DNA of 47,727 nucleotides from Perkinsus olseni (GCA_013115125.1 JABANN010000245.1:1-47727), one strand, 5' to 3'; positions 1 to 11,873 are shown, counted from the stretch's first letter. Notes: generated by a model from the sequence alone, not told the origin. Numbers and translations: made by a program.

Positions 1-296
1 CGAAGCCTTAGAGCAGGAAGACGTGATGACTAATTCATGTATTGCTCGTTATTAAGGAACGTTTCAATCTGTCTCTCTCATGCCTAGTAGCCTGCCCAGT
101 GTGGCAGCCTGCCACACTCATCTCCCTGCTTGGCTGCACGACGTGGTTCAACCAGGGTGGTTGTGTTGAAGTTCCTCTCAAGACCTCCGAGCTGATCACG
201 GAAGGTTGTTTAACTTCCGTTATTGCAAGGCTTAGTGGTTGGGTGTAACCATATCGGGATCCGCTTGCGCGGGTCGAGTGAAGGGCGATAAGCTTA

Positions 297-318
297 GAGC
301 GTGACACGCTCAGCGTGT
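297..318. other. 22-bp excision-type scar, inferred target gagcgtgt
   Basis: gagcgtg-a-cacgct-c-agcgtgt. Confidence 0.85.
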
Positions 319-390
319 GATGCCCGGCAATAAAGTCTGAGTGAACTTGTTCTAGAGCGACCACCATCGGCACGCCCCGAGGAGGACTGT

Positions 391-924
391 CTAGATCGGA
401 GGACTGTCTGCGACTCTCTTCCTCATGCAATGCTTCCTCTCTACTTCGTGCACGCACAACCCAACAGCTGAGATGAGACCAAGAGTACGAAAAACAATAC
501 TTGAAATTCTGTGCGCCAATAAGGGACTAAAAATCCTCTTGATCAGACCAATAGAGGCCTCGAGCGTTTCACCCTTGGGGCCTAGCTTATACGTGATCTT
601 CTCCATATCGCCTATCTCAGGCTTGGGGCCTTTCTGGTAGGACTCCCTGGCTTCTTTGATGGAAGATTCGTAATTCTTACGGTTGGTCTCGTCCGCTGTT
701 AGTGGGAAGGTGTTCATGGGGCCTTCGGTCAGATTAAGTTTAGCCAATACAGTCACCCCGGGGTACCAAGAGGAGCATTTCGCATAGAAGTTCACTACAG
801 GAGCGTGGGAATGCCAGTATATTATGAAGCAGACGCCATCGCCATATGTTGTTTTGAAAGCTGGATTCTCCGGGACGAATCCGTCCAAATTTGGTAGCAC
901 CGCTGCAGTGACGAGGAGAAACAC
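391..924 (-). CDS. Secreted-protein family member 1 (signal-peptide-like N-terminus; start codon is GTG, possibly pseudogenised)
   Basis: Aligns with 2386..2847 and 11364..11873 (CF.v.W, NTF, Y..xI, GD, TLE..IG motifs). The 5' context tcaaccGtcGtg aligns with tcaaccAtcATG of copy 2, and there is an in-frame TGA upstream. Confidence 0.7.
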   Translation of the reverse strand: MFLLVTAAVLPNLDGFVPENPAFKTTYGDGVCFIIYWHSHAPVVNFYAKCSSWYPGVTVLAKLNLTEGPMNTFPLTADETNRKNYESSIKEARESYQKGPKPEIGDMEKITYKLGPKGETLEASIGLIKRIFSPLLAHRISSIVFRTLGLISAVGLCVHEVERKHCMRKRVADSPPI

Positions 925-1914
925 GACGGTTGAAGAGCTCGTTCGAGGGCTTCACTTGGAATCTTTGCTTGAACCGGGTGGGGTGCTGAAGGAGCTTCGT
1001 GCGTACATGAGCATGACGCCGAATTTCTCGGGGCGGATGGCGCTCGTCCGATGAGCACTGTCCTCCTGATACGTCGCTGTCCTGAACTCGACGTCAACGA
1101 ACCCTGTTCTACTGTGCTGCTGCTGCTGCTGCTGTTGCAAACAGCTTGTAGGGCATCCGTACGATCGGCGTCATTCGGCAACCAACCCGAGGACCTTGAT
1201 AAAATACTTCCACGAAGGAGGACCGCAAGAAGCCGCTGGGTATGAGAACCGTGATCGTCTCACTGGAGTAGCCCCAGCACGTGGAGGCAGCGAGCGAACG
1301 GCCTGCCCGCGGAGAACTCAACTCATTCGATACTTTCCTAGAGGACACCGGTATGTCGTTGGTCGAAGCGAAGGGCGTTTCTGCATTCAGCAGGTTGCAG
1401 AATCTGCGATGTGCTGCAGAAGCACTGCATCTGCGTCTTCGCATGGTAGGAGAGGTTCTCCTCTACCACTGTCTTCCCGTAGGCACAGGTGAGGGAGCCT
1501 ATCTCGGACACCCGGCACTTGAGCGTACCTTTACCCTAAGGAGGGGGGGTACGTCATACGGGGGAGCGCAACCCTCAAAGTATCGTGAAGCTGTCTTCGC
1601 AAATGTTTTGCGCTACGAGGTGGCCTCTCCAATCCATCCATCAGGGTTTCCTTCCGCTCTCGTCGTCGATTATTGAGTGATCGAAGCGTATTTGACTTTG
1701 CATGTTCAAACGAGATGAAGCGACTACCAGCGACACGCCTCATGCCGATCGTAGCACTGTATGCGACTACCTTCCTATCTTATATCATCCTGCTTGAGGG
1801 CGGATCCCCTCTGGCCCGGTGAAACCTTTGCCGGGGTTTATCGATGACTTACTCCACTCTAACCCAACATGATGTTTGTTGAGTTGGGTATTCAATAAGG
1901 TTAGTCGAAAGTAG

Positions 1915-1936
1915 CTAAAATCATTTTAGTAAAATG
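1915..1936. other. 22-bp excision-type scar, inferred target ctaaaatg
   Basis: ctaaaat-c-atttta-g-taaaatg. Confidence 0.85.
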
Positions 1937-2385
1937 CGACCGCGGGCGCAGACATGAGCTTAATCGGCTTAATAAATAAATGGCAAAGACGAGCGTATGA
2001 ACGCGAGGTGGGCTCAATCGGTGGTCTGGCGAATCCTTAATTCGTCGTAGCGCAATACGATCTGCCTGCTGAAGTACGTGTGAACTACGAGAACTGACAG
2101 TAATCGGCATCTTGAAATTCGGAGCGAGCAGCTTTCTTGGTGGAAGGGCAGCGCCCCTTATCGGGGCAATGCCAAGGGCACCTTTCTCAGCCCTTGGCAT
2201 CATCACACGGCCAAGGTACTCATGGAGTCTCCGAACAGCCAAGAAACACCTCTGAGCCTCACAACTCTTCATACCTATTATAATCATACATAAGCTAATA
2301 AAGAATAAGACGGTGAAGGCTTCCGAGCAGCTGATTAGCTCCCCAAGGGCCCACCGGAGATCTAAGTTGAAATAAGAACCTCTTA

Positions 2386-2847
2386 TTAAGAAGGGCTTTG
2401 GAGTGACCGAGACTCAAGCTGTCCAGGACAAGTACCAGGGATGAACCACCTGAGAGCCCCACCGATCGGGATCTCGAGTGTCCCCTTCCCCGAGTTAGGG
2501 TAGTACATGAACTCATACATATCACCCTTCTCGAATGTGACAGAGTCATTGCAGCCTATCTTGGATTGCTTGATGAACCTATTGTACTTCTTCACAGTCT
2601 CGTCGTCCGTGCTGTCGATTGTGAATGTATTTGTTGGCTTCTCGTTGAACAGGAGACCGGACTCCAGACCGTAATCGCCCCAACGGCATCGCGATACGTA
2701 CGTGGCCATGAGACCGCCCTCCCGGCTCCAGAGGATCACTTGAAAGCAGCCAGCGCCCTTCCCGACTGTGTTAGTGAAGGATACGTTGTTCAGAGGGGAT
2801 GCAGCGACGGTACTCATCAGCAACGCCACAGCGACGAGGGGAGACAT
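2386..2847 (-). CDS. Secreted-protein family member 2, 153 aa, intronless
   Basis: ATG plus hydrophobic signal peptide MSPLVAVALLMSTVAAS; conserved Cys and NTFTID motif shared with 11364..11873. Confidence 0.8.
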   Translation of the reverse strand: MSPLVAVALLMSTVAASPLNNVSFTNTVGKGAGCFQVILWSREGGLMATYVSRCRWGDYGLESGLLFNEKPTNTFTIDSTDDETVKKYNRFIKQSKIGCNDSVTFEKGDMYEFMYYPNSGKGTLEIPIGGALRWFIPGTCPGQLESRSLQSPS

Positions 2848-3299
2848 GATGGTTGAAAAGCGTGGTTGAGCTCAGGCTTAACTGAACCTCAGAAAAGACT
2901 ACTCCCAACCGCCGAGGTTACGGCCTAGTACGCTTGTTGTGAGAAGATGGGAAGTGCATTGCGTCACGCAATTCGCGTGCAAGGCCATGCGTGATTTCGC
3001 TTCAAGAGACAGCGTCGCCTGTACACCGCTCCGTCCCGAACGGTTTGTTAGCCACGTACGATTTCTTCGTTCTGGTCCCTCAAGCTTTTGGAATATCCTG
3101 CCACCAGCCTCCCGGAGCGATGAGAACGGATAGTGTCGGGGGCGATTCTCAGCTGGAGCGCGAGGACGGGTTCGGTTATTGAGCGATGGAATTGTGGCTC
3201 ACGAGGCAGCAGCCCTGCACGCAGACAGTGGAGGAAGCCGGCTGCTCTACACCAACCTTCTGTGGTGTATTACATCAGGCAGCAAGACCCCGTTGATTG

Positions 3300-4460
3300 T
3301 TACTCGTCGAGGGGTGTCGCCTTGCTTCTGTGCTGCAGGTCGTTCTCGGCAACTCGGTATAGCTCCGAGCAGACTCCCTCTCGTGACCCAGGGTTCTGTC
3401 TCCTCCTTCTCATTGAGGACACTGTCTCTTCCTTGACCCCTGGGTAGTATTTGGATCCGAATCCACGCAGATGATTCCTTACGGCAGTGTGCCCTGTACA
3501 ACAGAATACATCATCTTCATCATGCCCATCCTGAACCCCCCCCCCGCGTAGCCGTCCGTAGTGAGTGAGCTGGTGCAGTAGATCATCGACTGCTGTGAAG
3601 CGCAAGCCCTCCGCTCGCTGTACAGATGAGTATCACCAGCCCAGCTACCCCAAGTCGGGGTGATCAGTCTCGGGAAACCGTCTCCAGCGGCTGAAGGATT
3701 CTCCCTATAATGAACTCGACGGTTCATCAGTGACCAACGAAGCGATCATTGAGCGCGGAGTTGCAGAGGCCAATGGAGGGTAGCCGAAAACTCCTTGTAG
3801 GGCAATGAGGTGCTATTGCTGCTAAGGCCTCCAAGGTCTGCTGTCGACGCACTCGCAAGGAGTTAAGCCGATCAGGGTTAACTGCGGCGAAGCCGATCGG
3901 AATACAGACTTTAGAATGTCCTCCCCGCTTTGAATGGTGGACAACCTAAATCGACCCTCGTGACATCGCCGCAGCACGGTCCGGTTTCTGTAATGGGTCA
4001 TTACTAATGACGTTGTTGTGATTGCCCACGGCTTCATCGTCCTTTCTGTTGGCTGTCAGTGTTCGTGTGATACACGATGAACGCGATGGCTGCTGCTGAT
4101 AATTCGGTATTACTAAATCCCCATTAGGCCAGCCCAGGGAATAGACCATCTCGAAAGGGGTGATCCAAGCAGCAATTACAGTACTGGCTCTTCGGGAAAG
4201 ATATCAGCACGCATGCACAAGGGGCGATACTCGGCTATTATTCCCACGCGAACTCCACAGTGTAGTCCGAGTGTAGAGTCTACACTTGGCCTTACACTCG
4301 CATGAACTGTTGTTGTGAATGATAAGCCTGTATCACTGTACGGCACATCATTCGCTCGGGGACTCACAGCAGAATGCTGTTCATTCTCATCCAGTAGGCG
4401 AACTCTATGGTGAATCTCGTCCCGCAGTGTCCTGCTCTAGCATTCTTTGAGCTATGGTCA
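3300..4460 (-). other. Possible spliced or decayed coding region, product unknown
   Basis: Short ORFs with GT/AG-bounded segments; no recognisable motif. Confidence 0.2.
3990..4011. other. 22-bp scar with 1 mismatch, inferred target gtaatgac
   Basis: gtaatgG-g-tcatta-c-taatgac. Confidence 0.7.
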
Positions 4461-4820
4461 TTTCTTCGCTTCTCCTCTCTTGAACAACAGCTGAGCTCAA
4501 GATGAATGATCAGATTGGTTCCCAATGCCAACCGGTCGACTATTGGTCGACTAGACCCCGACTCGGAGCCTGGTTCACTAAGGAAGCTGGATCCTACGGC
4601 CCACGAAATCTAGCTCAGAATTTGCCAAGAAGCTTGTTTGGGAAGCTCGGAGCCTGACTACCTAAGGAAGCCAGAGCTCGATCAGTCATATTGTTGCTAG
4701 GCCTACGGAGTCCAGCAGCCCGGGAAGCAGAGTTATACAACTTCACCTTCGATACAGCATATGGAGGAGCTTCTCATATCGTGCCAATCAGCATGTAGTT
4801 AGCTTTAGCAGAGTACATTA

Positions 4821-7800
4821 ATGAGTCATCGCCACCATTATCATCACCATACCACCCACAGCCCTCCGCAGCGCAGCCGTCCTCAGCCCCTAAGCATATC
4901 GGCTGGATCTTCCATGGTGACGACAACACGTAAGTCCCCCAGGGGTCACCATACGAATAAAGACCGCTGGCTTGCGCATCTCTTCATCTGTGAGTTTTCC
5001 TTATCGCTTCAATTCGCTGTGGCCTCGAGTCAAGGCCTTCGACTAGTGTCTCAGATTAGATGGTACCTCCTCGCCGTGATCGATCAGATTCCTCAATTCA
5101 CCAAACACCGACCGAACGTTCGTTGAACACAAAGCTGCAGCAGGTGCTGGAGAAGAGCCGAACGCTTCTTGTGAGGCCCCGAAGGTCGTAAGCATGTAGC
5201 CCAGTAGTGCATCTTGCAGGTGCAGAAGCCAAAGAATGATGTCTCATACGAGCACATAAGTCCCCGCCCTTCGAGGCATCACCATCACCGACCCGCTGGC
5301 AAGACACCTGTTGAAGTGCCGCAAGAGTCGGCACGGCGTGACGATGTTCGCCTCAGCGTGGCGAGCAGCTCTAGCAGTTTGGCCTCATCGGCCGGCAGCG
5401 TGTCGTCTATCGGTGGTGGTGAATACGTTCCGGGCTCCAGCAGTCAGCCGCCTGAGGGAGCCCAAGAATCTTCCCGGCTCATCAATGCTCCAGGGGCAGA
5501 CTCTTGGGCCAGTTACAATCGGCAGCTGCGGTCCCTCGGCTTCGAAGCGGTATGGTAGAACTTAGCGCGAATAGCGACCATCATGATTAGGTCCCGGTGA
5601 TCGCTGGGTCGTCTCGGTTAGGGGAGCCAACGCTGGTCGATGGCCGGAAACTATTCGAGACCTGTATGAGTGTGCTGCAAGAGTGAGTGCTCGCTGGTTT
5701 CAACTCGTTGGACATTCGTATGTCTGTGTGAGTTTTAAGTCTAACGCTGACAGTACGGCTTGATTAGACTAGGACCGATGTATCTTTCCGTGGGGGAACG
5801 GTTCAGCCTGGTGAGTGGGCCTTTTTTAAGGTACGGCGTCCGGAACCGACAACTATTGACGACAACGTCAAGCGTTCGCCGCGACTCTCCGAAAGAATCG
5901 TCCAAACTGAAAGAGCTGAGCAGATCGAACTGGAAGTTGCAGCAAGAGGTTGAGAAACTCCGGAGGGAGCTAGACGCAAGTGCGCATCTTAGGTCGAAGG
6001 CGGTGAAGAACAGAATTCTGGTAGGTGTTGTGGAGCACTCTTCAAACTCCCTAACGAGCGGAGCGAGGACGAAGGAGTTGGAAAGAGTCAAGTCCCAGCA
6101 GTCTGGCGAAATAAGACGATTGCACCACCAATGCCAGCGACAGGAGATGGAGCTCGATAGGATGAGAAAGACGGTGCTTGCCGGGAGCTACTTGGAGAGG
6201 CGTCATAATGTTCAAATGCAGATGCAGAAGGTGGCCGATGATGAGGAAATGAGAAGAAAGAGGGACAAAGAGTTTGCTGAGAAGGTCCGGATGCTCGGGG
6301 CCAGGGTGCTCAATCGGCTTGGTCGTTTCGACTTTATCAATGCATCGATCAACGTTCTAGTCAGCACTGAGTCGTCGGCGGGCTGTATGGCCCGATGTCA
6401 ACGTTCGCGGGTTCTAGTTGGAATTACAATAAGGGCCCTCGCCCTTTCCGCTCGAGCGCGTTGAGAGCTGAAGATTTATCCCTCGGGCGCTCAGGCGGTG
6501 AAGTCAGTTTGTAGCGGTGACAAGGGGGCGAAGAGCCAAGGAAGCCTCCAACTCCTTCACGAGCTGGCTGCTGTGTGAGTCCTGCTGGTTAGCCGTACGG
6601 TGCCTGCGATGATGAGCATCGTTTTCTCTTGCCTGAATCTCCCAGTGTCAGATACAGACGACGCATAGAGAAGCTCGAGAGAGAGATCACCGTCTCGGGG
6701 AGGCAGTCGCAGGACTTGGCTAGTCAACTCACTACGACTGAGGAGGAGGTCCGTCGCCTTCAGAAGCAGCTCTCCACTACCACGGAAGGAGCTGACGAGG
6801 ACTCGGTGTGTGGCAGCGGTGAGAGGGCCCCTCGGTGAGGATCCGCTATGACTGCTCTCAGAACACAAGCCTCAGCGGGCGGTGGGTGATGGTGACGAGC
6901 ATGTGGTGAGAAAGGCGACTTTACAGGCCTTCACGACGTCGTCCCGTTGTAGATTCAAGCGCTGGAGGAGTCCCTCCGTGCGGAGACAGCAGCACGACAA
7001 GAGGCAGAGGCCCGAGCGAAGGAGTGTGAGATGGAGTACTCGAGCAAGGTGGGCTCTGGTGTAAACTCTCTCGCTATACTAATACTATTAACCGTATACG
7101 ATAATAATACATATATCCCTCTCCATGGGGTGCCTTTATATTATATACATAATTGTATGCACGATAAATAAACCAAACTAGGTGGTCATACTAGGTGATA
7201 TCATGAGAAAAAATAATATTTAATAAGCTTTTGTAGTTTCTTTGCACGATTCTGCGCCGCGATGTGGTTCCCGGCGTGTTGTTCGTTTCTTGGTATGTTG
7301 GTGTGTTCAGATTGCTGACTTCGAGCGGGAGCTGAACACCGCAAGACATGAGCTGGCGGCTGCGGAGGCCACACTGATCGACCGCCCGACGGTGAGGGAA
7401 GTGCAGTTGTTGAAGAATAAGATTGAGAGGCTCGAGAGGGGCCGCGAGGAGAGGGACAGGTGGCGCAATGGCGACGTTAGGGAGATGATACGGCGAGACA
7501 AGTAAGGGGCCTACGCTGCTCAGTACCAGTGGGCCTCGTGAGTCACGAGTCGTGACCACTGAAAAGCTGTTGTTATACTAGTTATTATCTGGCTCGTTAA
7601 TGCTACTGTTACTCTTCTTGTCGTTCTTGTGATTACCGTTGTCGTCGTCCTCGTTGTTATTGTTGATGTTGCTGCTCTCGTCATTCTGAACATTTTTCGG
7701 TGGTCGTCCGGAGACCTTTTTCTGTAGGGAATCTCACAAGTTGGGCGCTGATGTTGCTGTGGCCGAGATGGACCATTCTATGATGGAGCAAGTGCTGCTG

Positions 7801-8732
7801 GACTGCTGTCGGCATCTCAAGATCAGCGAGCCAACTATCCTACCAGATGCTCTGAAGAAGCTCGGCGACGTGAGTCGAAGCCGGGCTCTCACGATGTCGT
7901 AGCGGAAGTTGACCTAGGTATTGGATACAGCACTGCCACGCATGCGCGAATTCATCAGATTTGTTACTTCTAGTGTTTGCCCCGTGGACGCTGAAAATGG
8001 TCCCGCCCATGACGAGCAGAAAGTAAGATGTATGAGCTTCTCTGCATCAACTTAGTCTCCGGCAAGGGCCTGGCCGTCTTCGCTTCCATGGAGACCGTTG
8101 AGAGCAGACTGAAGTATCTACTTGCCGCTGAGCGGGAGCTCACCAGCTTACGTAAGCAGCTCGACGCAGCCGAGTCTGCCTTGGACGGGGAGGCGGGGAC
8201 GGGGCTGCCATTGGAAGCTCGCGTTGCTTCCGTTGTCGAGGAGCTTCGCGATCGCAGGACGGTGAGTTCGTGACTCGGCTGTGTGCCGACCACTGATGCA
8301 TTTGTCTCTCAGACCGAGACTGCGTTTGAGGAAGCAACCGAAAGGGTCTATAGCGCGGACGAACCCCATCTCATAACTGACCGAATGGTCAAGCACTATA
8401 TGTCAGTTTCCGAGGGTAACGATATTGGCTCGACGTACGCTGCAGGAGAACCTTTGGGGTGGATCAACTTGAGCGTGTGTGCGGCAGCATGACGCAGGCA
8501 CGGCAACGGTGGTTGGAGTTGGAGAACTTTTGGAAGGCTTTGTGTAGGTCGTGCAGCCTATTGTAGACGACCCCACTGAAACTACGCGGTTCATGATCAC
8601 CCATTCCTCCTCGTTTTCCCCCAGATGCTGCCCGAGGTAGGTACTGACGTGTTAAAGGTTGATCCGTCCAAGCTGTCTACTGCTAAGGCCATGCTTCTTG
8701 CGCAGAAGTGCCTGTCCGAAGATTCGGGCTAG
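4821..8732 (+). CDS. Multi-exon coiled-coil protein, Cep70-like centrosomal protein
   Basis: Exons read WASYNRQLRSLGF, long heptad coiled coils, RPTVREVQLLKNKIERLE, REMIRRDK, LLDCCRHLKI and LPRMREFIR; this layout resembles the Cep70 family from recall. Canonical GT-AG introns. Confidence 0.55.
7535..7556. other. 22-bp scar in an intron, inferred target ctcgtgac
   Basis: ctcgtga-g-tcacga-g-tcgtgac. Confidence 0.85.
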
Positions 8733-9803
8733 TAGCATGCATTTTTATGATAAACTGTACAGCTTGTGTTCAAAATTAACCGTGAAGATAGTCTTCTGTG
8801 AGTGCGTGTCCTGTTTTTACGAGTGAGCTGGATGGGGATAAGCAACAACGAGCATTTATAGCAGTACTCAGCGTCGTTCAGGCCAGCAATGTAGGAGCTT
8901 CTACTTCACTCGAGGACTGAGTTGAATCTTCGAAATACGATTTCAGACTATGAAAATAGTGGCGCTGGAATCTAGTGATCACCAGTTTCCTCTCATTTCG
9001 CAGTTGCCCACGGAACGCGATAGAAGAAGCCGTATTGGGGAAAGGTGGAGAACTATCTGGAAGTGTGGCTCACCTGCCCTCCGAGGTCTGTCTCACGCTG
9101 CAAGGGGCGAATTGCTGTGCCGTCATTAAAATTTATAGAGCATTGCTCCGAGAGCAAATATTGTTCATATTGCTTATAGGCTATGAGTGTTCGTCCCTAC
9201 TAACCTCGCTCGGCTGAGGATCAATCTGATGAGCCGAACTGTACCTGGATGTGGGAGGTTTAAACACCGCGTTTGACAAACGCTGTCCGGACTCGGTCAA
9301 GATTACGAGGAAGGTCTTCCACCATAAAGCGTGCTGAACCGACTTCGTCAAGTTCAATCACCATTATCGGTTTTCTGCTACTGGTGATTCACACTCTTGT
9401 TGTGCAACGCAACCTTGCCTCCCAAGAAGATAAGTTATCAGATCTTATCGTCTGATATGATACGGCAAAACGCTACCTCAACCTCGAAATATTGATGTTG
9501 TATTACGCTACCCCGCCAGAAAGGGGAGCCCTAAAGCGACGGGCAGACTTCGCTGTCCGCGTTAGATCCCCCTCCGGGAGGAGTGTTCTCAGGAGAAAGA
9601 AGTGAATCTAATAAGCAAAACGTCATGTAAGAGCAGGCCCATGATGACGATACATAGTTCGAACAACGCCATTGACTACAGTATAGTAGACATCTTTCGA
9701 ATCATCTTTCTCGAAGTACTGCAGATCTGTGTCTCTTGGGTGGAAATAGATACCACACCTCTTACGACAGCCGACCAACCATGCTCGATAAAGGGGCTTT
9801 TGC

Positions 9804-9825
9804 GTACTCACTGAGTACTACTCAG
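9804..9825. other. 22-bp scar, inferred target gtactcag
   Basis: gtactca-c-tgagta-c-tactcag. Confidence 0.9.
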
Positions 9826-10006
9826 CATCTGGTACCTCTTGGTCTGCAGGTTGTAAAAATATAATGCACCCGGGGCTGGCATTCTGACTGACCGATATAC
9901 ACCAAAATCACCCTGCCTTCAATTTACATGGAGCCGGATGCGCATAAAGGCAAGAGGCAATTTCGGGTCTTCTGTCATTTCGGCGTAGACATAAGAATCC
10001 AACGAC

Positions 10007-10028
10007 GTCTGAGGCTCAGACTCTGAGC
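10007..10028. other. 22-bp scar, inferred target gtctgagc
   Basis: gtctgag-g-ctcaga-c-tctgagc. Confidence 0.9.
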
Positions 10029-10519
10029 CTTGTAGACGGGACCACCATCTGCAGCGAACAGCACGGTAGAAAGAACCAAGAGCGGGTAGATGATGTAGCA
10101 GGTTCACATACGGGAGCTTCTGTTGCAGAAAAGAGAACTACACAGAATGGTGAGAAATTCAGTCTTATAACGTGTTAGATTGGTGCACTATATAGCTATT
10201 TGACGCGGGAGTCAAAGAAAGGCAAAATTGGGCTCGAGGGGAGCTGAGGAACCATGTGGCCTACAGCTTACTAAGCTCAGCTCAGTGTGGCACTTATACT
10301 CAGGAAGCAACACCAGTGGAAGCGTATTCGGAGAGATATAGCAAATGGTAACCGACTCAGCTACAAGCTTATCGATTGGCTGTACAGGTTAAAGGGATAG
10401 CAAGGCGCAGCAGCAGTGCCTAATGCATGCATAGTATAACGGGATTGAACCCACGGCCATCACCATGAAAATCCATACACCTGCGTCAAACATCCGTTAG
10501 GATCTTTAAAGATCCATAG

Positions 10520-10541
10520 CACAAGAGTCTTGTGACAAGAC
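10520..10541. other. 22-bp scar, inferred target cacaagac
   Basis: cacaaga-g-tcttgt-g-acaagac. Confidence 0.85.
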
Positions 10542-11011
10542 TGGTGTCACCAGTATAGGCTGCATTGAGCAGTAGTAAGAACTCTGAGCCCAAGAGCTGG
10601 TGACAAAATCTTGCCAGGAAGTCCGTCCTCTTCTGGTGCAAAAGTCTTCCTGGCGTCGCAAGGAAGGAGTACTCGAGAAAGTACAGCGATAAAGAGGACA
10701 GCTTTCGATCCCAGTGAGTTAACGATATCGACCCAGGATACGGCTGTGGTGCAGAGGTTTAGGAGGGTCCAAATGTGTACGGAATGCCCTCAAAAGTCGC
10801 AGTGGTAGGGCAAGGAAGGCTGGTACATATCATCGTCTCTGTTATGATGATCACCAAAAGCTTAGATTCCTTCTGGTATGAAGGAATGAAGCCGAGAGTG
10901 TACCAGAGAGCACTCTAGCCCCAGGTGCGGTGTATGTCGGTCAGGATATAGTTACCAGGGAGAGAGAGAAATCGAGCGGCGTTTGAAAATAGGAGGAACT
11001 GGTCGCTTTTG

Positions 11012-11055
11012 GCGGTTGCCAACCGCCGGTTGGTATAAGTGACTTATAATAAGTC
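11012..11055. other. Two abutting 22-bp scars, inferred targets gcggttgg and tataagtc
   Basis: gcggttg-c-caaccg-c-cggttgg followed immediately by tataagt-g-acttat-a-ataagtc. Confidence 0.9.
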
Positions 11056-11363
11056 GGATCACTCGGCCACCAAGTTGACTCATTCACGAACGCACAACAC
11101 TTTATCATCCGAATCGGATGCGCTATACAGGGTGTTGAAAAATAACGGAGATAGTATTGAAAAAGTTGATAAGGGATTCGTGGCCAATCGAATTGACTCA
11201 ATCCGACTGACAGTCACTAATAAGACCGAATGGTACTGCTGTTGTACCGGAAGAATGACCACGCTAGGCAACACCTCTAGCCTGGGCACGCACCAGGCGT
11301 GAACAGCTGCACTATCTCGTTGCAGTAGGTGTAGTTGTAGAACACAACATAAGTAGATTGGGC

Positions 11364-11873
11364 TCATAGTGAACGAGATAGAGCAGATAGAAAGGTGGAG
11401 TAGTTGAGAGAATGGAGTGATAATGCGAGGCTAGTATGAGCACAGCTCCATTGTGTTATGTAGACAGTGCACAGCCCTTGAATTCCGCCGACCGAGAGCT
11501 GGAGCGTCTCCCAGGTCGAGCGAGAGCTATAAACTATCTTTTTCGTATCGCCGTTACGGAACTTCACGACGCCTTCGCAGTACGTGTTGGACTTGGCTAC
11601 GTATTCTTGGTACAAGCTCATGGTGCCATTGTCCTTGGTGTCGATGGTGAACGTGTTCTCGGGATTCTCAACGAGCTTCAGACCTGCGGCGATCGCGTCT
11701 CCATAGCGGCATTCCGAATTGTAGGTCACCACAGCATCAGTCCCCTGGAGCCAGGTTACTTGGAAGCATGTCTTTTTAACGAATGTTGTACTGAAGACCT
11801 TGGTCTTTGGGGTGGCTGCGTCGGTAGTACCAGACATCCACGTCGCCGTGAGAAGCGAGATCGCAAGCTTCAT
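11364..11873 (-). CDS. Secreted-protein family member 3, 169 aa, intronless
   Basis: Signal peptide MKLAISLLTATWMSGTTDA; CFQV.W, CRYGD, NTFTID and GD motifs shared with member 2. Confidence 0.8.
   Translation of the reverse strand: MKLAISLLTATWMSGTTDAATPKTKVFSTTFVKKTCFQVTWLQGTDAVVTYNSECRYGDAIAAGLKLVENPENTFTIDTKDNGTMSLYQEYVAKSNTYCEGVVKFRNGDTKKIVYSSRSTWETLQLSVGGIQGLCTVYITQWSCAHTSLALSLHSLNYSTFLSALSRSL

Larger units (their letters stand above)
9623..10109 (-). pseudogene. Decayed distant member of the secreted-protein family
   Basis: ATG-TGA followed by signal-like TCYIIYPLLVLSTVLFAA. Frames rejoin when the scars at 10007-10028 and 9804-9825 are collapsed; a further lesion remains near 9920. 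The C-terminal LYRAWLVGCRKRC...DTDL.YF...VNGVVR resembles the family pattern. Confidence 0.6.

Noticed and set aside
10435-10470. B-box-like gtgggttcaatccc on the minus strand
   Set aside because: No cloverleaf or A-box could be built around it.
10495-10600. Ankyrin-like peptide LLNAAYTGDTSLVTRLLCYG on the minus strand
   Set aside because: A single short match built largely from scar and palindrome sequence, with no supporting ORF.
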